Positions 48,044-56,806 of a stretch of 64,000 nt of DNA are shown here, in pieces. This DNA is from a virus. Where the stretch lies: IMG/VR virus record IMGVR_UViG_3300031576_000037, positions 2,959 through 66,958 of that record. One strand, 5' to 3'. Under the pieces are notes generated by a model that ran no database searches, had not been told where the DNA came from, and saw nothing but the letters and a program-made list of their open reading frames with translations. Position numbers and translations under genes: made by a program. Position 1 is the first letter of the stretch; each line of letters begins with the position of its first letter.

Positions 48044-48513
48044 GCTATGTGCTCCGGGTCAGCCTGCGCCCAGTCGAATTCAGGTCGCCCATTCCGGCCA
48101 ATTGGCGCCGCAACCGGCACGCGGGCGGGCGCAGGGCGGCGGACTTCCAGGGCGGAAATCCGGTCGCGCAGGCCGTCAGCGAGTCGCTGTAGAGCGGCGT
48201 TGTCGCGCTCGCAGGCTTCGAGCCGGTCCCGGCACTCGTACACTTGCTCGGCCAGCGTCGGCGGGACGGAATCAGGCTGGCGCTCCACGTCAATCACGCC
48301 GCCCTGGGCGCAATTCGTGATGCCCAGCGGATCGTCATTCCGATGCACGCTGTCACGTGTCACGCCGCAATGTGTCACGGCCCCCACCGTCACGCCAGCA
48401 GCGAGCGCGAAACCGCCGTCACATGTCACGATCTTGCCACGCCTCTTCCACTGGCGCGCTGTGGCCGGTGTCACGCCGAGGGCGCGGGCAAAGTCTGCCA
48501 AGGTTTCAGCCAT
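48040..48513 (-). CDS. wHTH + coiled-coil DNA-binding protein (Nu1/Xis-like N-terminus)
   Basis: TLADFARALGVTPATARQWKRRGKI followed by a coiled coil. Confidence 0.65.
   Translation of the reverse strand: MAETLADFARALGVTPATARQWKRRGKIVTCDGGFALAAGVTVGAVTHCGVTRDSVHRNDDPLGITNCAQGGVIDVERQPDSVPPTLAEQVYECRDRLEACERDNAALQRLADGLRDRISALEVRRPAPARVPVAAPIGRNGRPEFDWAQADPEHIA
48351..48475. repeat. Seven YGTCACR heptads inside the wHTH gene
   Basis: GTCAC at 48352, 48359, 48374, 48389, 48418, 48425 and 48470. Confidence 0.75.
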
Positions 48514-48531
48514 TTATTAATAATTATGTGG

Positions 48532-48560
48532 TTGCCTGCTCATCCGGCTGCGGATACAAT
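48532..48560 (+). promoter_or_regulatory. Sigma70-type promoter with operator-like palindrome; likely leaderless transcript
   Basis: TTGCCT-17-TACAAT, ATG 6 nt downstream, spacer contains ATCCG-GCTG-CGGAT. Confidence 0.7.
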
Positions 48561-48566
48561 GCTGGT

Positions 48567-49073
48567 ATGAATTTAGCAGCATTGACCAAGAAAGCACGGC
48601 GCACGGCGACATCCAATAATCGCAGGGCGCACGAGATGTACGGCAGTCTCGGCAATCTGCACTGGCGCGACGTGCGCGACCTCTATTTACAATCCGATGG
48701 CGTATGCGCCTATTGCAAGCGTCGCGTGGGTATCGCCAATCTGTCACTAGACCACGTTTACCCGCTCAACCTCGGCGGCAGCAATACGATAGAGAACTGC
48801 GTCCTGTGTTGCCGCTCTTGCAATTCGCTAAAATCCAACAAAACGCTTGAGCAGATTGCAGGCTGTGTTCACGTCTCAATCGTGGCCTCGCTGTTAAGCG
48901 TCACGCCTATGGCGGTCTACCTACGCATCCAACAAGGCAATGTTCCCGGCGCATACAGCAACGGCAATCAATGCTTTGTTCCGCGCGAATACGTGCAGGA
49001 TATGCTGCCGCCGGATTTCGATAACTTTATCTATTACGCCGAGCTACGGGAGCAAAAGCGAGGCAGACAATGA
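48567..49073 (+). CDS. HNH endonuclease with C-terminal HTH-like domain
   Basis: CAYC..LDHVYPL..GGSN..N..CCRSCN..K; C-terminal VASLLSVTPMAVYLRIQQG. Confidence 0.85.
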   Translation: MNLAALTKKARRTATSNNRRAHEMYGSLGNLHWRDVRDLYLQSDGVCAYCKRRVGIANLSLDHVYPLNLGGSNTIENCVLCCRSCNSLKSNKTLEQIAGCVHVSIVASLLSVTPMAVYLRIQQGNVPGAYSNGNQCFVPREYVQDMLPPDFDNFIYYAELREQKRGRQ

Positions 49074-49339
49074 AAGCCAACACGCTATTAACCCTGCGCC
49101 AATTTTGGGCGCTACACCTAGTGAGCGATACAAGCGGGGACTTCAGTAACCCAGATCACTCATTGCGCTACCTGCGTGACTGGTGCAGGAAGCACGTCAT
49201 TCCCACGTCCGCGTGCATCCGCCTCGGCACACAGTGGCTGATTACTGATCCTCAAATGGCGCTCCAGGCAATCCACGATCGTCCAAGGGCCGGCAATCCC
49301 AACTGGGGAAATCGGCATGTAGGCGCATTTTCTTCTTGA
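49070..49339 (+). CDS. Small MerR/Xis-like wHTH protein
   Basis: LRYLRDWCRK..IRLGTQWLI..RPRAGNPNW. Confidence 0.6.
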   Translation: MKANTLLTLRQFWALHLVSDTSGDFSNPDHSLRYLRDWCRKHVIPTSACIRLGTQWLITDPQMALQAIHDRPRAGNPNWGNRHVGAFSS

Positions 49340-49364
49340 CTTTTCATCCGGCTGCGGATAGAAT
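49336..49364 (+). promoter_or_regulatory. Sigma70-type promoter with the same operator-like palindrome
   Basis: TTGACT-17-TAGAAT; TCATCCGGCTGCGGATA is shared with the 48532 promoter. Confidence 0.75.
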
Positions 49365-49417
49365 GCGCTTGTCAGTTGGAAGTATCAACGCGCGGAAGCG
49401 CACAACAAGGAGCCACG

Positions 49418-49627
49418 ATGACCAACAACGAAATCATGGCAAAGGCGCTAGGCATCGGACAGTCACTGACACGCGAACGATGGTACGAGATGTCCGCGCT
49501 CGAAGCGGAGGCGTGGTGTAAGCTGGTAATCAACCGATATTACCATATCCCTGCCGAGAACGAGGTACGGGAGATTACGCACCTCGCCATGCAATATGTG
49601 ATTAACAACCAACGGGAGATCATTTAA
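49418..49627 (+). CDS. Small hypothetical early protein
   Basis: AAGGAG RBS before the ATG. Confidence 0.6.
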   Translation: MTNNEIMAKALGIGQSLTRERWYEMSALEAEAWCKLVINRYYHIPAENEVREITHLAMQYVINNQREII

Positions 49628-49643
49628 TCAATGCCCCGCTGCC

Positions 49644-49750
49644 GAGCGGCGCTATCCGGGAGCATCGATCAAAACTGCAATTTATCGCGCCCTCGGCTTC
49701 GAACCGCCGGAGCACGGCGGGAAGCGGGAGGGCGCAGGGAGAAAAGAAAT
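49644..49750 (+). repeat. ~110-bp hairpin-leader repeat, copy 1
   Basis: Near-identical to 55183..55294. Confidence 0.85.
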
Positions 49751-49985
49751 AACCAAGAGCAAGCAAGTAAGATTCTTACAACTACAAAGAGAGGTCGCCA
49801 GCGGCAAGCAAGATATTGACCTGGCGGATTTCGCGCGACGTTTTGCCGCGCGCGTCAAGGATGCACCGGTGACCATCAGTTTTGATCCCGAAAACTGGAC
49901 TTGGGATGACGTCGGACACTACTTAGGGTACGGCGTGCTAAGCGTCGCAGATATTCGCTCAATGATCCACGGCGGACTCAACTAG
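49749..49985 (+). pseudogene. 78-aa ORF starting at ATA (mutated or non-canonical start)
   Basis: ATA occupies the position of the ATG in repeat copy 2; the frame is open to TAG 49983-49985 (ITKSKQVRFLQLQREV...). Confidence 0.5.
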
Positions 49986-50038
49986 CCGACATCGCACACT
50001 GAAGAGCCTGCCCGATGGCAAATCCTTTTCAGCCTAAT

Positions 50039-50530
50039 TCACCCCGCGCCCGCCGGCGCAGCCAGCAACAGCGGCGCGCACTCCGGGTCAACCTCGCAGA
50101 GCGCCGCAATCGCCTGCTTGCGGTCGCCATTGAAGAGCGGCAGCCAGTTAGCCAGATAGCCCTCGGCCTCCTCGCGGGTGACGCGGTGGCGGTATTCGGC
50201 GATTTCGGTAGGCTCGTCATTGTAGAGCAGGAATTTATCGGCACAGATGCCAAGCAGCGTCACGCCCTTGTCGTCGAGCGTCGCGCCGTCGGCGAGGTCG
50301 CGGTAGCGTTTCAGCAGGCGGTCAACGAGGTCGCCGAAGCCTTGGGCAATCTCGTGCTTTTTAATACGTGCCAATTGCACTGCCTGCGGATTACCCAAGG
50401 CGCGCGACACCACGGGACGAGATACGCCAAACGCTTTAGCCACAGCTAATTGCGTACCAAGTTCGGGCAACGCCGCAACCATTTCGGCTTTAGCCTCAAT
50501 TGAAATATTAGTTTTACCTGCGCGGCTCAC
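50039..50530 (-). CDS. HTH protein, candidate terminase small subunit
   Basis: EAKAEMVAAL..QLAVAKAFGVSRPVVSR, then helical GICADKFLL..PTEI. Confidence 0.55.
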   Translation of the reverse strand: MSRAGKTNISIEAKAEMVAALPELGTQLAVAKAFGVSRPVVSRALGNPQAVQLARIKKHEIAQGFGDLVDRLLKRYRDLADGATLDDKGVTLLGICADKFLLYNDEPTEIAEYRHRVTREEAEGYLANWLPLFNGDRKQAIAALCEVDPECAPLLLAAPAGAG

Positions 50531-50691
50531 ATTAAAACCTGTAAGTAATTAATCCTAGAGCAGCGCGCTGCAATCCTACGTAATGCCCGACGCTCCATTG
50601 CCTGAGCGTTTCGCACTCTATTCCCAGCGCGCGCGGGACGGCCTGCCAATCCTCAGCGCGATGACGCCGAGTAATTCCCTCTCCCGTCCGC

Positions 50692-51162
50692 TCAAATCTC
50701 TATCTCAGCGCTGATAATCCCGTCCGTCCGCTCGCCCTCGCCCATCCGGTTCAGGCAATGGTCGCAGCCGGCATAGCCAGCCGCAAGCGCCGCATCCACG
50801 CTGGTAAATGGAACTGGCTCGGCGATTTCCGCGACCTGGCAATCTCCGGACGCGAAAGCGCGAACATGGAACTCTCCGCTCTGCGCGTTGGCCACGACCG
50901 GCGCGAGAGCGATGGGCTGACCGCCACGTGATTTTTCGGGCTTCTGTTTCCGTTTGCGGTGGGGTTTCGGCATAAGCTCTGTCGTAATTTGCTCGAATGA
51001 GTCCGCCAGGTCGCCGGCCTCAATCACGTCACGGAGATATTCGACCACCAGGGCGCAGGCGCGCTCGATGCGGTCGGCGGCTGGGCATTGGGTATCATCG
51101 GCCAGGGCGCGCAGATCACTGCGGATTTTGGTAGCGCGGGTGGCGGAGTCAGCGAAGGTCAT
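50692..51162 (-). CDS. Hypothetical protein with C-terminal Ada-like metal-binding domain
   Basis: SGEFH..C..FTSVDAALAAGYAGCDHC. Confidence 0.6.
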   Translation of the reverse strand: MTFADSATRATKIRSDLRALADDTQCPAADRIERACALVVEYLRDVIEAGDLADSFEQITTELMPKPHRKRKQKPEKSRGGQPIALAPVVANAQSGEFHVRAFASGDCQVAEIAEPVPFTSVDAALAAGYAGCDHCLNRMGEGERTDGIISAEIEI

Positions 51163-51311
51163 TGATCAACTCAGATGGCGGGCACTAGGAACGAAAATCC
51201 CGACTGGCGATTGAAAAATCAGGCCCGCGTCAACGTGAAACCGGTAAATCGTGGCTGACCACGTGGGGAGTAAGACCGGCGCGGGCCATCACAACCTAAC
51301 CGAGAGGAAAT

Positions 51312-51560
51312 ATGACACACAAGCAAAAACAACAAGAAGCGCGCAAGCAGATCAGGGAGTTACTGAACAACGCGCTGCCGACGTTGGATGCCAAGCCGCA
51401 ACAAGCAATCTATAGCGGCGCAGTGCCTGACGAATATTTCGCGGCAGGCAATTACTTGCTCGCAAAGGCTATCGTTGATAGCTGGTGCTGTGATCGCAAC
51501 TATGTGGGCCTGAACTCGCGCACTAACAGAGAATTTGCCAATATCCACCTTCACGGTTAG
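51312..51560 (+). CDS. Hypothetical early protein
   Basis: GAGG RBS after a structured leader. Confidence 0.6.
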   Translation: MTHKQKQQEARKQIRELLNNALPTLDAKPQQAIYSGAVPDEYFAAGNYLLAKAIVDSWCCDRNYVGLNSRTNREFANIHLHG

Positions 51561-51571
51561 CGGAGAAAACG

Positions 51572-51991
51572 ATGCGCAAGAAATACAATCCAACCGACGA
51601 ACAGAAAGCCAAAGCCCAGGCACGCCGCGAGGATTTTCGGAAACTTGCCAGGCTGGTTTCCGAGATGACCGACGAGCAGCGATTGGCGATGCTTTCCAGC
51701 ATCGGCGCAGTTCCAACCTGCGCGGGCCGGGCGTTGTCGCCTTTCAATTCCTGCCTCTTGCTTCATCAACTCCCTGCCGCATCGCTGGTCGGCGGATTCA
51801 ATCAATGGAACAAGGTCGGTCGCAGCGTGCGTAAGGGCGAGCACGGACTGATGATCTGGATTCCCTGCGCGCAAAAAGTGCAGCAGGAAACGCCGGTCGC
51901 CGGCGATCTAACCGAGGACAAACTGCGCTTCGTCCTGGGAACGGTATTCGACGTTTCCCAGACCGACGAAATTGCCAGTCACCCCCAATAA
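51572..51991 (+). CDS. ArdC-like N-terminal ssDNA-binding domain protein
   Basis: SPFNSCLL..Q..VGGFNQWNKVGRSVRKGEHGLMIWIP..VFDVSQT. Confidence 0.8.
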   Translation: MRKKYNPTDEQKAKAQARREDFRKLARLVSEMTDEQRLAMLSSIGAVPTCAGRALSPFNSCLLLHQLPAASLVGGFNQWNKVGRSVRKGEHGLMIWIPCAQKVQQETPVAGDLTEDKLRFVLGTVFDVSQTDEIASHPQ

Positions 51992-52299
51992 ACCCCACCT
52001 GCCGTAGTCACCGGCACGATGTACTCCGCCGCTTTCGGCTCGATCACTACCACCACGCCGCCTTCGGTTTCATCTTCATAGCGGATGCGCTGAAGAGATT
52101 TATCAATCTGAAACCGATACGTCACGACCGGATTCAGCAGCGTCGGCTCAGACTCTGCCTGATCGTCGCCCGGCATTTCCGCCTGCACGCGCGCCAGCAC
52201 AGCGCCGAAATTCGGCACGGCTGATTCGGCCTGCTCCGCCATCTGCCGCTCGACCTCAGCCGGGACTATCGTATCCTGGCCGCAGTTAATTATTTCCAT
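51979..52299 (-). CDS. Hypothetical protein
   Basis: Continues the minus-strand operon. Confidence 0.55.
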   Translation of the reverse strand: MEIINCGQDTIVPAEVERQMAEQAESAVPNFGAVLARVQAEMPGDDQAESEPTLLNPVVTYRFQIDKSLQRIRYEDETEGGVVVVIEPKAAEYIVPVTTAGGVYWG

Positions 52300-52314
52300 T
52301 TCGATTTCGATTTC

Positions 52315-52416
52315 TCAGAGCCGCCTGATCCGCACCCTGCCCGCGTCGTAACCGACCAAGTAGCCGAGCACCAAGCCGAAGGCGAGGGCAGCGACTGCGG
52401 CGAGCAAGCAGACCAT
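52315..52416 (-). CDS. 33-aa single-TM peptide
   Basis: Manual translation MVCLLAAVAALAFGLVLGYLVGYDAGRVRIRRL; TGATG coupling. Confidence 0.45.
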   Translation of the reverse strand: MVCLLAAVAALAFGLVLGYLVGYDAGRVRIRRL

Positions 52417-52502
52417 CACGAGTCCATCACGAGGCAGACAATCACCGCCCACAGCAGCAATCCGAGCACAATGAGGAAGCCGATCAATAATGCCGTAGCC
52501 AT
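52416..52502 (-). CDS. 28-aa single-TM peptide
   Basis: Manual translation MATALLIGFLIVLGLLLWAVIVCLVMDS, directly after the upstream stop. Confidence 0.45.
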   Translation of the reverse strand: MATALLIGFLIVLGLLLWAVIVCLVMDS

Positions 52503-52503
52503 T

Positions 52504-52839
52504 TCACACCGCCAGTCCCGGCAGACAATACTGCGCCGCGACCTCGCGCGGAATCTGGTCGCGGGCGAGGCAGCGCGGATCGTAGATCGCCGCACGATCG
52601 ACCAGCCGCCAGGACGATGGAATGGAGACCTCGATCTGCGTCAGGGTGTCGCGCAGCCGCAGATAGCCGTTTTCCAGCCAGCCGTCAACGCCGTCCCGCA
52701 ATCGCGCCACACGCTCACCCGCCGAACTCACGACGAATAGCCCGCGCCGCACGTAGTCCCACCACCAAACGGCGGGGATGCGGTGACGACCGCCGGGGAG
52801 CTTGATCGAGTAATGTTTGGATTTTGAGCGGCGGGCCAT
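52504..52839 (-). CDS. Hypothetical protein, first gene of the leftward operon
   Basis: ATG start MARRSKSK, downstream of the leftward promoter. Confidence 0.5.
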   Translation of the reverse strand: MARRSKSKHYSIKLPGGRHRIPAVWWWDYVRRGLFVVSSAGERVARLRDGVDGWLENGYLRLRDTLTQIEVSIPSSWRLVDRAAIYDPRCLARDQIPREVAAQYCLPGLAV

Positions 52840-52957
52840 AGGAAGCGACGCGGGCACACCTCGACCGAGATATGCGCGTCAGGGCTACGACCGTGCGGAC
52901 GGGAGCGCCTGAGTGATTCTTATTGGGATTGGGATTTAGACTTCAGCGGGCGCAATC

Positions 52958-52985
52958 ATTATAGCGGATACGGTAAGGAGCGCAA
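52958..52985 (-). promoter_or_regulatory. Putative leftward promoter
   Basis: TTGCGC-16-TATAAT on the minus strand in the divergent gap. Confidence 0.5.
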
Positions 52986-53054
52986 GCGGAAATTGACGGG
53001 CGGGCGAATTATCGGACGGGGGATATTTTTTTTTCAGTGTGTCCTTATTATTCC

Positions 53055-53083
53055 TTGACAGCCGTGTCTCTATTGTTTATACT
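53055..53083 (+). promoter_or_regulatory. Strong rightward early promoter
   Basis: TTGACA-17-TATACT with an upstream T-tract. Confidence 0.8.
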
Positions 53084-53169
53084 GCGTCTGTCAGTTGATG
53101 GGCAATTGACGGCGCGGCGACGGGCGGCATTGGGCAACCGAAGGACAATAAGAAAAAGGAAATCCATCC

Positions 53170-53421
53170 ATGGCACAGAGCAGATTAAAATCAACTACCA
53201 GCATGAGCAACACCGGATACCACCAGAACGGAAAACCTAACTGGTGGGCGCGCATCGGACAGGGCGACGATGCGGAATTCCTGCAAATCCCGTGGGCGCG
53301 CGGCGATCAGGCGCTTGATTGCATCGTCAATGTTCCGCCTGACACCACCGTCTACATTGGCGCGGGCAAGGGCTCGCGCAAGACTGTCCGCCAAACAGTG
53401 ACCACTACATCCATCGAGTAA
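53170..53421 (+). CDS. Hypothetical early protein
   Basis: AAGGA RBS. Confidence 0.6.
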   Translation: MAQSRLKSTTSMSNTGYHQNGKPNWWARIGQGDDAEFLQIPWARGDQALDCIVNVPPDTTVYIGAGKGSRKTVRQTVTTTSIE

Positions 53422-53520
53422 CGCTTATCGTCCGCCTGTGGCTCCTGCGGCTCAATGCCGGGCGCTCGATAGCGCATTCCACGGGCGGGCGCAAAGACGG
53501 CGACACGAAAAAGGAGAAAC

Positions 53521-53931
53521 ATGGATTTCAGCATTTACACGACAGACACAATGACCGTCCTCAACGGCGGCGATATCGCCAGAGGTGAGTGGTCAGAATT
53601 CGATGAGGCGTCCTCATATGAACGGCGCAAGCCGGCATCCTACGCCGTTCGGGAGGCGATTGACGCGGCAATCAAGATTGCCTACGCGCTCGCCTGCGAG
53701 CAAGGCGTGCAGGTCATACCTTACAGCGGCGCCAACCCGAAGATTCGGGACGATGGCAGGATCGCCGCAGCCGTCGCCAATATCCGCGAGGCGATGGAGG
53801 CGCGGCGGCAGAAGCTGGCGGGGCAAGCGCCGGCTCCGCAATACGCCTGCGCTGGCGCTCGTGATGGCTGCCGTGCGCGCGTCGTCTATCAAGGCGATTA
53901 CTGCGCCCGCTGCCAACATGACGAGGATTAA
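53521..53931 (+). CDS. Hypothetical early protein with C-terminal Cys cluster
   Basis: AAGGAG RBS; C..C..CARC. Confidence 0.65.
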   Translation: MDFSIYTTDTMTVLNGGDIARGEWSEFDEASSYERRKPASYAVREAIDAAIKIAYALACEQGVQVIPYSGANPKIRDDGRIAAAVANIREAMEARRQKLAGQAPAPQYACAGARDGCRARVVYQGDYCARCQHDED

Positions 53932-53935
53932 GTAG

Positions 53936-54475
53936 ATGTTTAAACCCATTATCGCCGCCCGCGTCAACCACGCCGAACTCAAGGCGGCGACGCGGACGGC
54001 TCACTCCATCACCGCCGACTCCGATCACCGTGCGCAGGCACAAGCGATCGTTGACCGGCTGAGACTCCATCAGCCGGAGACGGTTTCACAGTTAATCCGC
54101 GTCATCTGCGGACTGCCTCCCGCCCCAGTCGCCGCCCAGTCGCTGGCCGACGGCGACGAGGCGCGGATAACGCGTATTTACGCGAAGGTGAGCGAGGCGG
54201 AAAGGGTGATAGTCAGTCGCTTCCTGGTGGACTATGCACGCGCGCGGAAGCTATCCGCGCGAATCGAAGCGCGGCTGCGACGCCTAGCGAGTTGGATCGA
54301 GGCACACAAAGAGCAGCGCGCGTCAAGGTCCCGCTCGCTACCTGCGCAGCTTGTCCGCGCGGTGATCGGGCTTGAGCCGTCGGGCGTGGGCGCGCCGACG
54401 GGCAACCAAAATGCAGCAAGGCCCGCGCAGAAGCGGGCAAGGAGAAAAAATGCCACGAATCAAGGTAAAAATTGA
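53936..54475 (+). CDS. Hypothetical protein, possibly tandem RHH-like regulator
   Basis: Duplicated SQLIRVICGLPP / AQLVRAVIGLEP; ends GAPTGNQNA. Confidence 0.55.
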   Translation: MFKPIIAARVNHAELKAATRTAHSITADSDHRAQAQAIVDRLRLHQPETVSQLIRVICGLPPAPVAAQSLADGDEARITRIYAKVSEAERVIVSRFLVDYARARKLSARIEARLRRLASWIEAHKEQRASRSRSLPAQLVRAVIGLEPSGVGAPTGNQNAARPAQKRARRKNATNQGKN

Positions 54476-54719
54476 ATGGGGCAGCGAGCGGCAGGCGCGC
54501 ATCGCTGCCAACATGTTCTCGGCGCAGCGAGATGGCTGCGTCACAACTTACGTGGAGCCGGATTCGCCGGCCCTGAGGCAGGCCCTCGCCAATCTGGCGG
54601 AGGGCAGTGACGCGCTGAGCGTCATCATCACGCCAACGACGGACAGCGTGACGCCTCACACGCCCGCGTCGTTTTTCTCTGCCGTCGAGGCGGAGCGCAG
54701 CCGCGAGATCGAAGACTAA
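54450..54719 (+). CDS. Hypothetical early protein
   Basis: AAGGAG RBS before ATG 54450. Confidence 0.55.
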   Translation: MPRIKVKIEWGSERQARIAANMFSAQRDGCVTTYVEPDSPALRQALANLAEGSDALSVIITPTTDSVTPHTPASFFSAVEAERSREIED

Positions 54720-54840
54720 TATGCCTAAAATCTCACTCCACTGGCCGAGAGCGCGCTGAAGAGGCAGGCCGGACGCGCCGCCCGTGGGCGCAAACTTTAA
54801 CGCAGCTAAGGCCCGCGCTGGGCGGGCAAGAGGACACATT

Positions 54841-55125
54841 ATGAGACGACTGCCATCACAGACGGCGGCCGCGGTTGAAACGGCCATATGGTATTTCAAC
54901 CGATACGGCAACCTACGGCTCAACGAGCCGTGCGATTGCGGAGCGCAAGTCCGCCACAACAACGGCGGGAATTACCACGCCATCGTCCGCCTGGCCAAGG
55001 ATGGTGGTCAGGTTTTCATGAGAAGAGAGGATTCCACTTGCGAGCTGTTGGCTCCCGCGAAATGGGAGCCGATCGGAGAGGATGAAGCACTCAACTATAT
55101 CCGCGAGCACGCGGATTGGCTGTAG
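54841..55125 (+). CDS. Hypothetical early protein
   Basis: GAGGA RBS; CDCG..HNNGGNYH. Confidence 0.6.
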   Translation: MRRLPSQTAAAVETAIWYFNRYGNLRLNEPCDCGAQVRHNNGGNYHAIVRLAKDGGQVFMRREDSTCELLAPAKWEPIGEDEALNYIREHADWL

Positions 55126-55182
55126 TGTTTAGTCTCTTTTTCATCAGAGAACGTGCTGCCGGATGCGCGGCTCGCCGTAATT

Positions 55183-55294
55183 GAGCGGCGCTATCCGGGG
55201 CGGGAGCCTCAATCAAAACTGCAATCTATTGCGCCCTCGGCTTCGAGCCGCCAGATCCCGGCGGGAAGCGGGAGGGCGCAGGGAGAAAAGAAAT
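55183..55294 (+). repeat. ~110-bp hairpin-leader repeat, copy 2
   Basis: Ends in AGGGAGAAAAGAAAT(G), supplying the RBS and start of the FGE gene. Confidence 0.85.
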
Positions 55295-56030
55295 GGACGA
55301 GCAAGAGATTGACATGGGTAGCCTGGTCGGGCTAAAGATGATCTACATCCCCGGCGGCGAATTCACGATGGGATCGAACGCCAGGGAGGATTCTGGTGCC
55401 TATGGCTATGCCTATGCGTATGGCGCCGACGACGCCGACGACGACGCCTACGCAATACCAGCGCATCGGGTGGAGATCTCGCCGTTCTGTATTAGTGAGT
55501 GCCCGATTACGCAAGCGCAGTATAGCACTATGATCGGAGAGAATCCCTCGTATTTCCAAGGCAGCAATCTCCCTGTCGAAGAAGTCCCGTGGGACAAGGC
55601 GGCTGAATTCTGCCGCCAACTCTCACAGTTGGAGGGCAGGGACTACCGGCTGCCCACTGAAGACGAGTGGGAATGTGCATGCCGGGCCGGTTCGGACGGC
55701 TCGTACTGCTTCGGGGATGATCCGGCGCAACTCGGCGAATACGCCTGGTACGCCGACAACTCCGGCGACGAGACGCATCCGGTCGGGCAACTGAAGCCGA
55801 ACGCCTGGGGCTTGTACGATATGCACGGCAACGTTTGGGAATGGTGCCAGGACCTGTATGTCCCCGCAGGATCAAGGGACGGCAAGTGTCGCGTCCTGCG
55901 GGGAGGTGCCTGGTTCAGCGATCATCTCAGTACACGCGCCGCCTCCCGCTACGTTGTCAATTCGCTCGCCCGATTCGACTTTAGTTTCGGGTTCAGGGTG
56001 GTGAGTGATTTCAGGCTCCGATTATTTTGA
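55293..56030 (+). CDS. FGE-sulfatase (SUMF1/CLec-fold) domain protein; DGR-target-like
   Basis: IPGGEFTMGS, RLPTEDEWE, PNAWGLYDMHGNVWEWC, RVLRGGAW..FGFRVV. Confidence 0.92.
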   Translation: MDEQEIDMGSLVGLKMIYIPGGEFTMGSNAREDSGAYGYAYAYGADDADDDAYAIPAHRVEISPFCISECPITQAQYSTMIGENPSYFQGSNLPVEEVPWDKAAEFCRQLSQLEGRDYRLPTEDEWECACRAGSDGSYCFGDDPAQLGEYAWYADNSGDETHPVGQLKPNAWGLYDMHGNVWEWCQDLYVPAGSRDGKCRVLRGGAWFSDHLSTRAASRYVVNSLARFDFSFGFRVVSDFRLRLF

Positions 56031-56559
56031 CGCTGCCCACGGGGGAAGCGCGTGGCTGAGGTCGCGCAAAGACCAACCATCAACCACAAATCGGCTTGGG
56101 ATCGGGTGCAACTTGAGGACTAAAAATCGTGCGCGCCCATGACAACGAATGGATCGCGGCTCTCTCGCGGCACTTCCCCCGACTCAGCGAACGGGAAGGC
56201 AGCATGCCGCGCGCCGAGGTGCCGCAGCGGATGGTGGCGTTGGCGGCGGGACAGGAATAATTTCCACTCTCAGCCGGAAAAGTCTTGACGCCCCGCCCCG
56301 CTCTCCCAAAAGGCTCGATGATCCGCCCTTCTCCGCCCTTCTCCGCGCTCGACCTGAGCGAGACTGAAACTACCCTGACCGATGATGCCCTGCCCGCCAA
56401 GCCGCCACGCAGCCAGCGCTGGCTCGAGCCGCGACACCGGGGCAGACCGGCTGTCCAGCGGCCCTGCTACCGCGAGTCGCTGAATGCTTATGTGTTCAAT
56501 CCCATTATGGTTTTGTACCGGCTGAAAGCGCCGACCGAGCGCGAAAGGTCGCCCGCCGA

Positions 56560-56588
56560 TTGACGCCACGCCGGAGCAGGCGCATAAT
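56560..56588 (+). promoter_or_regulatory. Putative promoter
   Basis: TTGACG-17-CATAAT followed by a hairpin-rich leader. Confidence 0.55.
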
Positions 56589-56806
56589 CCCGCCCGCCAG
56601 CGGCGTTTGTTGTCACCCGGCGCGTCAGGTGAGGCGCTGGTCGCCGCTGAGCTTGAAAATAAAAGTGCCCTGCCGGTTAATCGTGCGACCAACCGGCAAG
56701 GCGTGCCTCAACAACGTCAGGGGTTGCGAGGCGACCGCAATTTACAACAGCTATTCGTGAATTGTCACGCCTGCCCAACTCCCTCGCTAAAAACAAGGAT
56801 GGGAGT

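Noticed and set aside
51200-51290. ZMP/ZTP (pfl) riboswitch or hammerhead ribozyme
   Set aside because: GACTGGCGA and CCAC..GGGGAG resemble pfl, but the spacing is wrong and the 3' GCCTGGGC hairpin is missing; no CTGAnGA core.
55395-55455. GCCTAT/GACGCC micro-repeats as a phase-variation tract
   Set aside because: Short, imperfect and in frame; most likely a low-complexity loop.
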